A DNA stretch of 64,000 bases from Candidatus Saccharimonadales bacterium (lineage in GTDB: Bacteria > Patescibacteriota > Saccharimonadia > Saccharimonadales > JBBQAJ01). The notes under the pieces are model-generated. The model ran no database searches. It was not told where the DNA came from and saw nothing but the letters and a program-made list of their open reading frames with translations. The stretch is taken from NCBI GenBank assembly GCA_038206875.1, contig JBBRAK010000004.1:3174-67173 (forward strand), given 5' to 3'. The translations under genes and the position numbers were made by a program. How positions within the stretch are numbered: position 1 is the first letter of the stretch; every line of letters starts with the position of its first letter. This document shows, one piece after another, positions 63,906-64,000 of this stretch.

Positions 63906-64000
63906 CTGCGCTTGTGAATATAGCTCTATTATTTGGTCACCTACAATGTTTACATCATAGGTCTGCACCATTTCGCGTTGTTTTATATGTAATGAATTTC
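63879..64000 (-). CDS. possible 3' end of a minus-strand gene running off the window
   Basis: One minus frame is open for 39 sense codons from the window edge (...QTYDVNIVGDQIIELYSQAQLHRRQEMR*). The stop overlaps the -10 box of the next gene. Confidence 0.3.
   Translation of the reverse strand, partial: NSLHIKQREMVQTYDVNIVGDQIIELYSQAQLHRRQEMR

Noticed and set aside
1-64000. Searched by eye for CRISPR arrays, rRNA genes, transposases/integrases and long direct or inverted repeats.
   Set aside because: None found. The only repeats are the short tRNA 3'-end copies and the paralogous leaders reported above.

Overview
The window reads as one contiguous piece of a small, AT-leaning bacterial chromosome. 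Its quirks fit a CPR/Patescibacteria organism, probably Saccharibacteria-like. This placement is inference from four things: no L30 gene between rpsE and rplO, no adk/map after secY, Lys/Glu/Ser-rich tails on many ribosomal proteins, and dense TAATG/ATGA gene overlaps.

Gene order:
- rpoB (3' part) and rpoC
- a str operon (rpsL, rpsG, fusA, tuf)
- the S10-spc-alpha ribosomal protein operons, then rplM-rpsI
- an aroG-pheA-tyrA-like operon
- an operon of a hypothetical gene, trpB, trpA, trpS, rluD and holB
- a TPR protein, a class IV aminotransferase and an HExxH protein
- four tRNA genes plus rpmG
- a P-loop kinase, a DUF45 hydrolase, an orphan histidine kinase and a GT2 glycosyltransferase
- secE-nusG-rplK-rplA
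- a ~6 kb accessory segment: Nudix, dNMP-kinase-like, dcd, a Tmk::ThyX fusion and three orphan genes
- rplJ-rplL
- envelope and lipid genes, then dnaX, dnaB, ybaB-recR, nrnA, cysS and an AI-2E transporter

No rRNA, CRISPR array, transposase or integrase was seen.

Items most worth a second look:
1. Three unrecognisable ORFs sit one per junction inside the str operon.
2. Two leaderless leader-peptide attenuators. MLRVSFWNYAYFINPRVATSS lies before the aromatic operon. A two-Trp peptide lies before hyp-trpBA-trpS.
3. Two homologous ~150-nt inserts follow two tRNA genes. Each ends in an 18-nt copy of that tRNA's T-loop-to-CCA end.
4. Two paralogous antiterminator/terminator leaders (a clean leaderless uORF in only one) precede two small orphan proteins, inside a segment that splits rplKA from rplJL.
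5. A Tmk::ThyX fusion sits in a dTTP-synthesis module.
6. Promoters with a -10 box followed by 6-8 nt and then ATG (leaderless) are widespread.

All functional calls come from motif recognition by eye. No database search was run.
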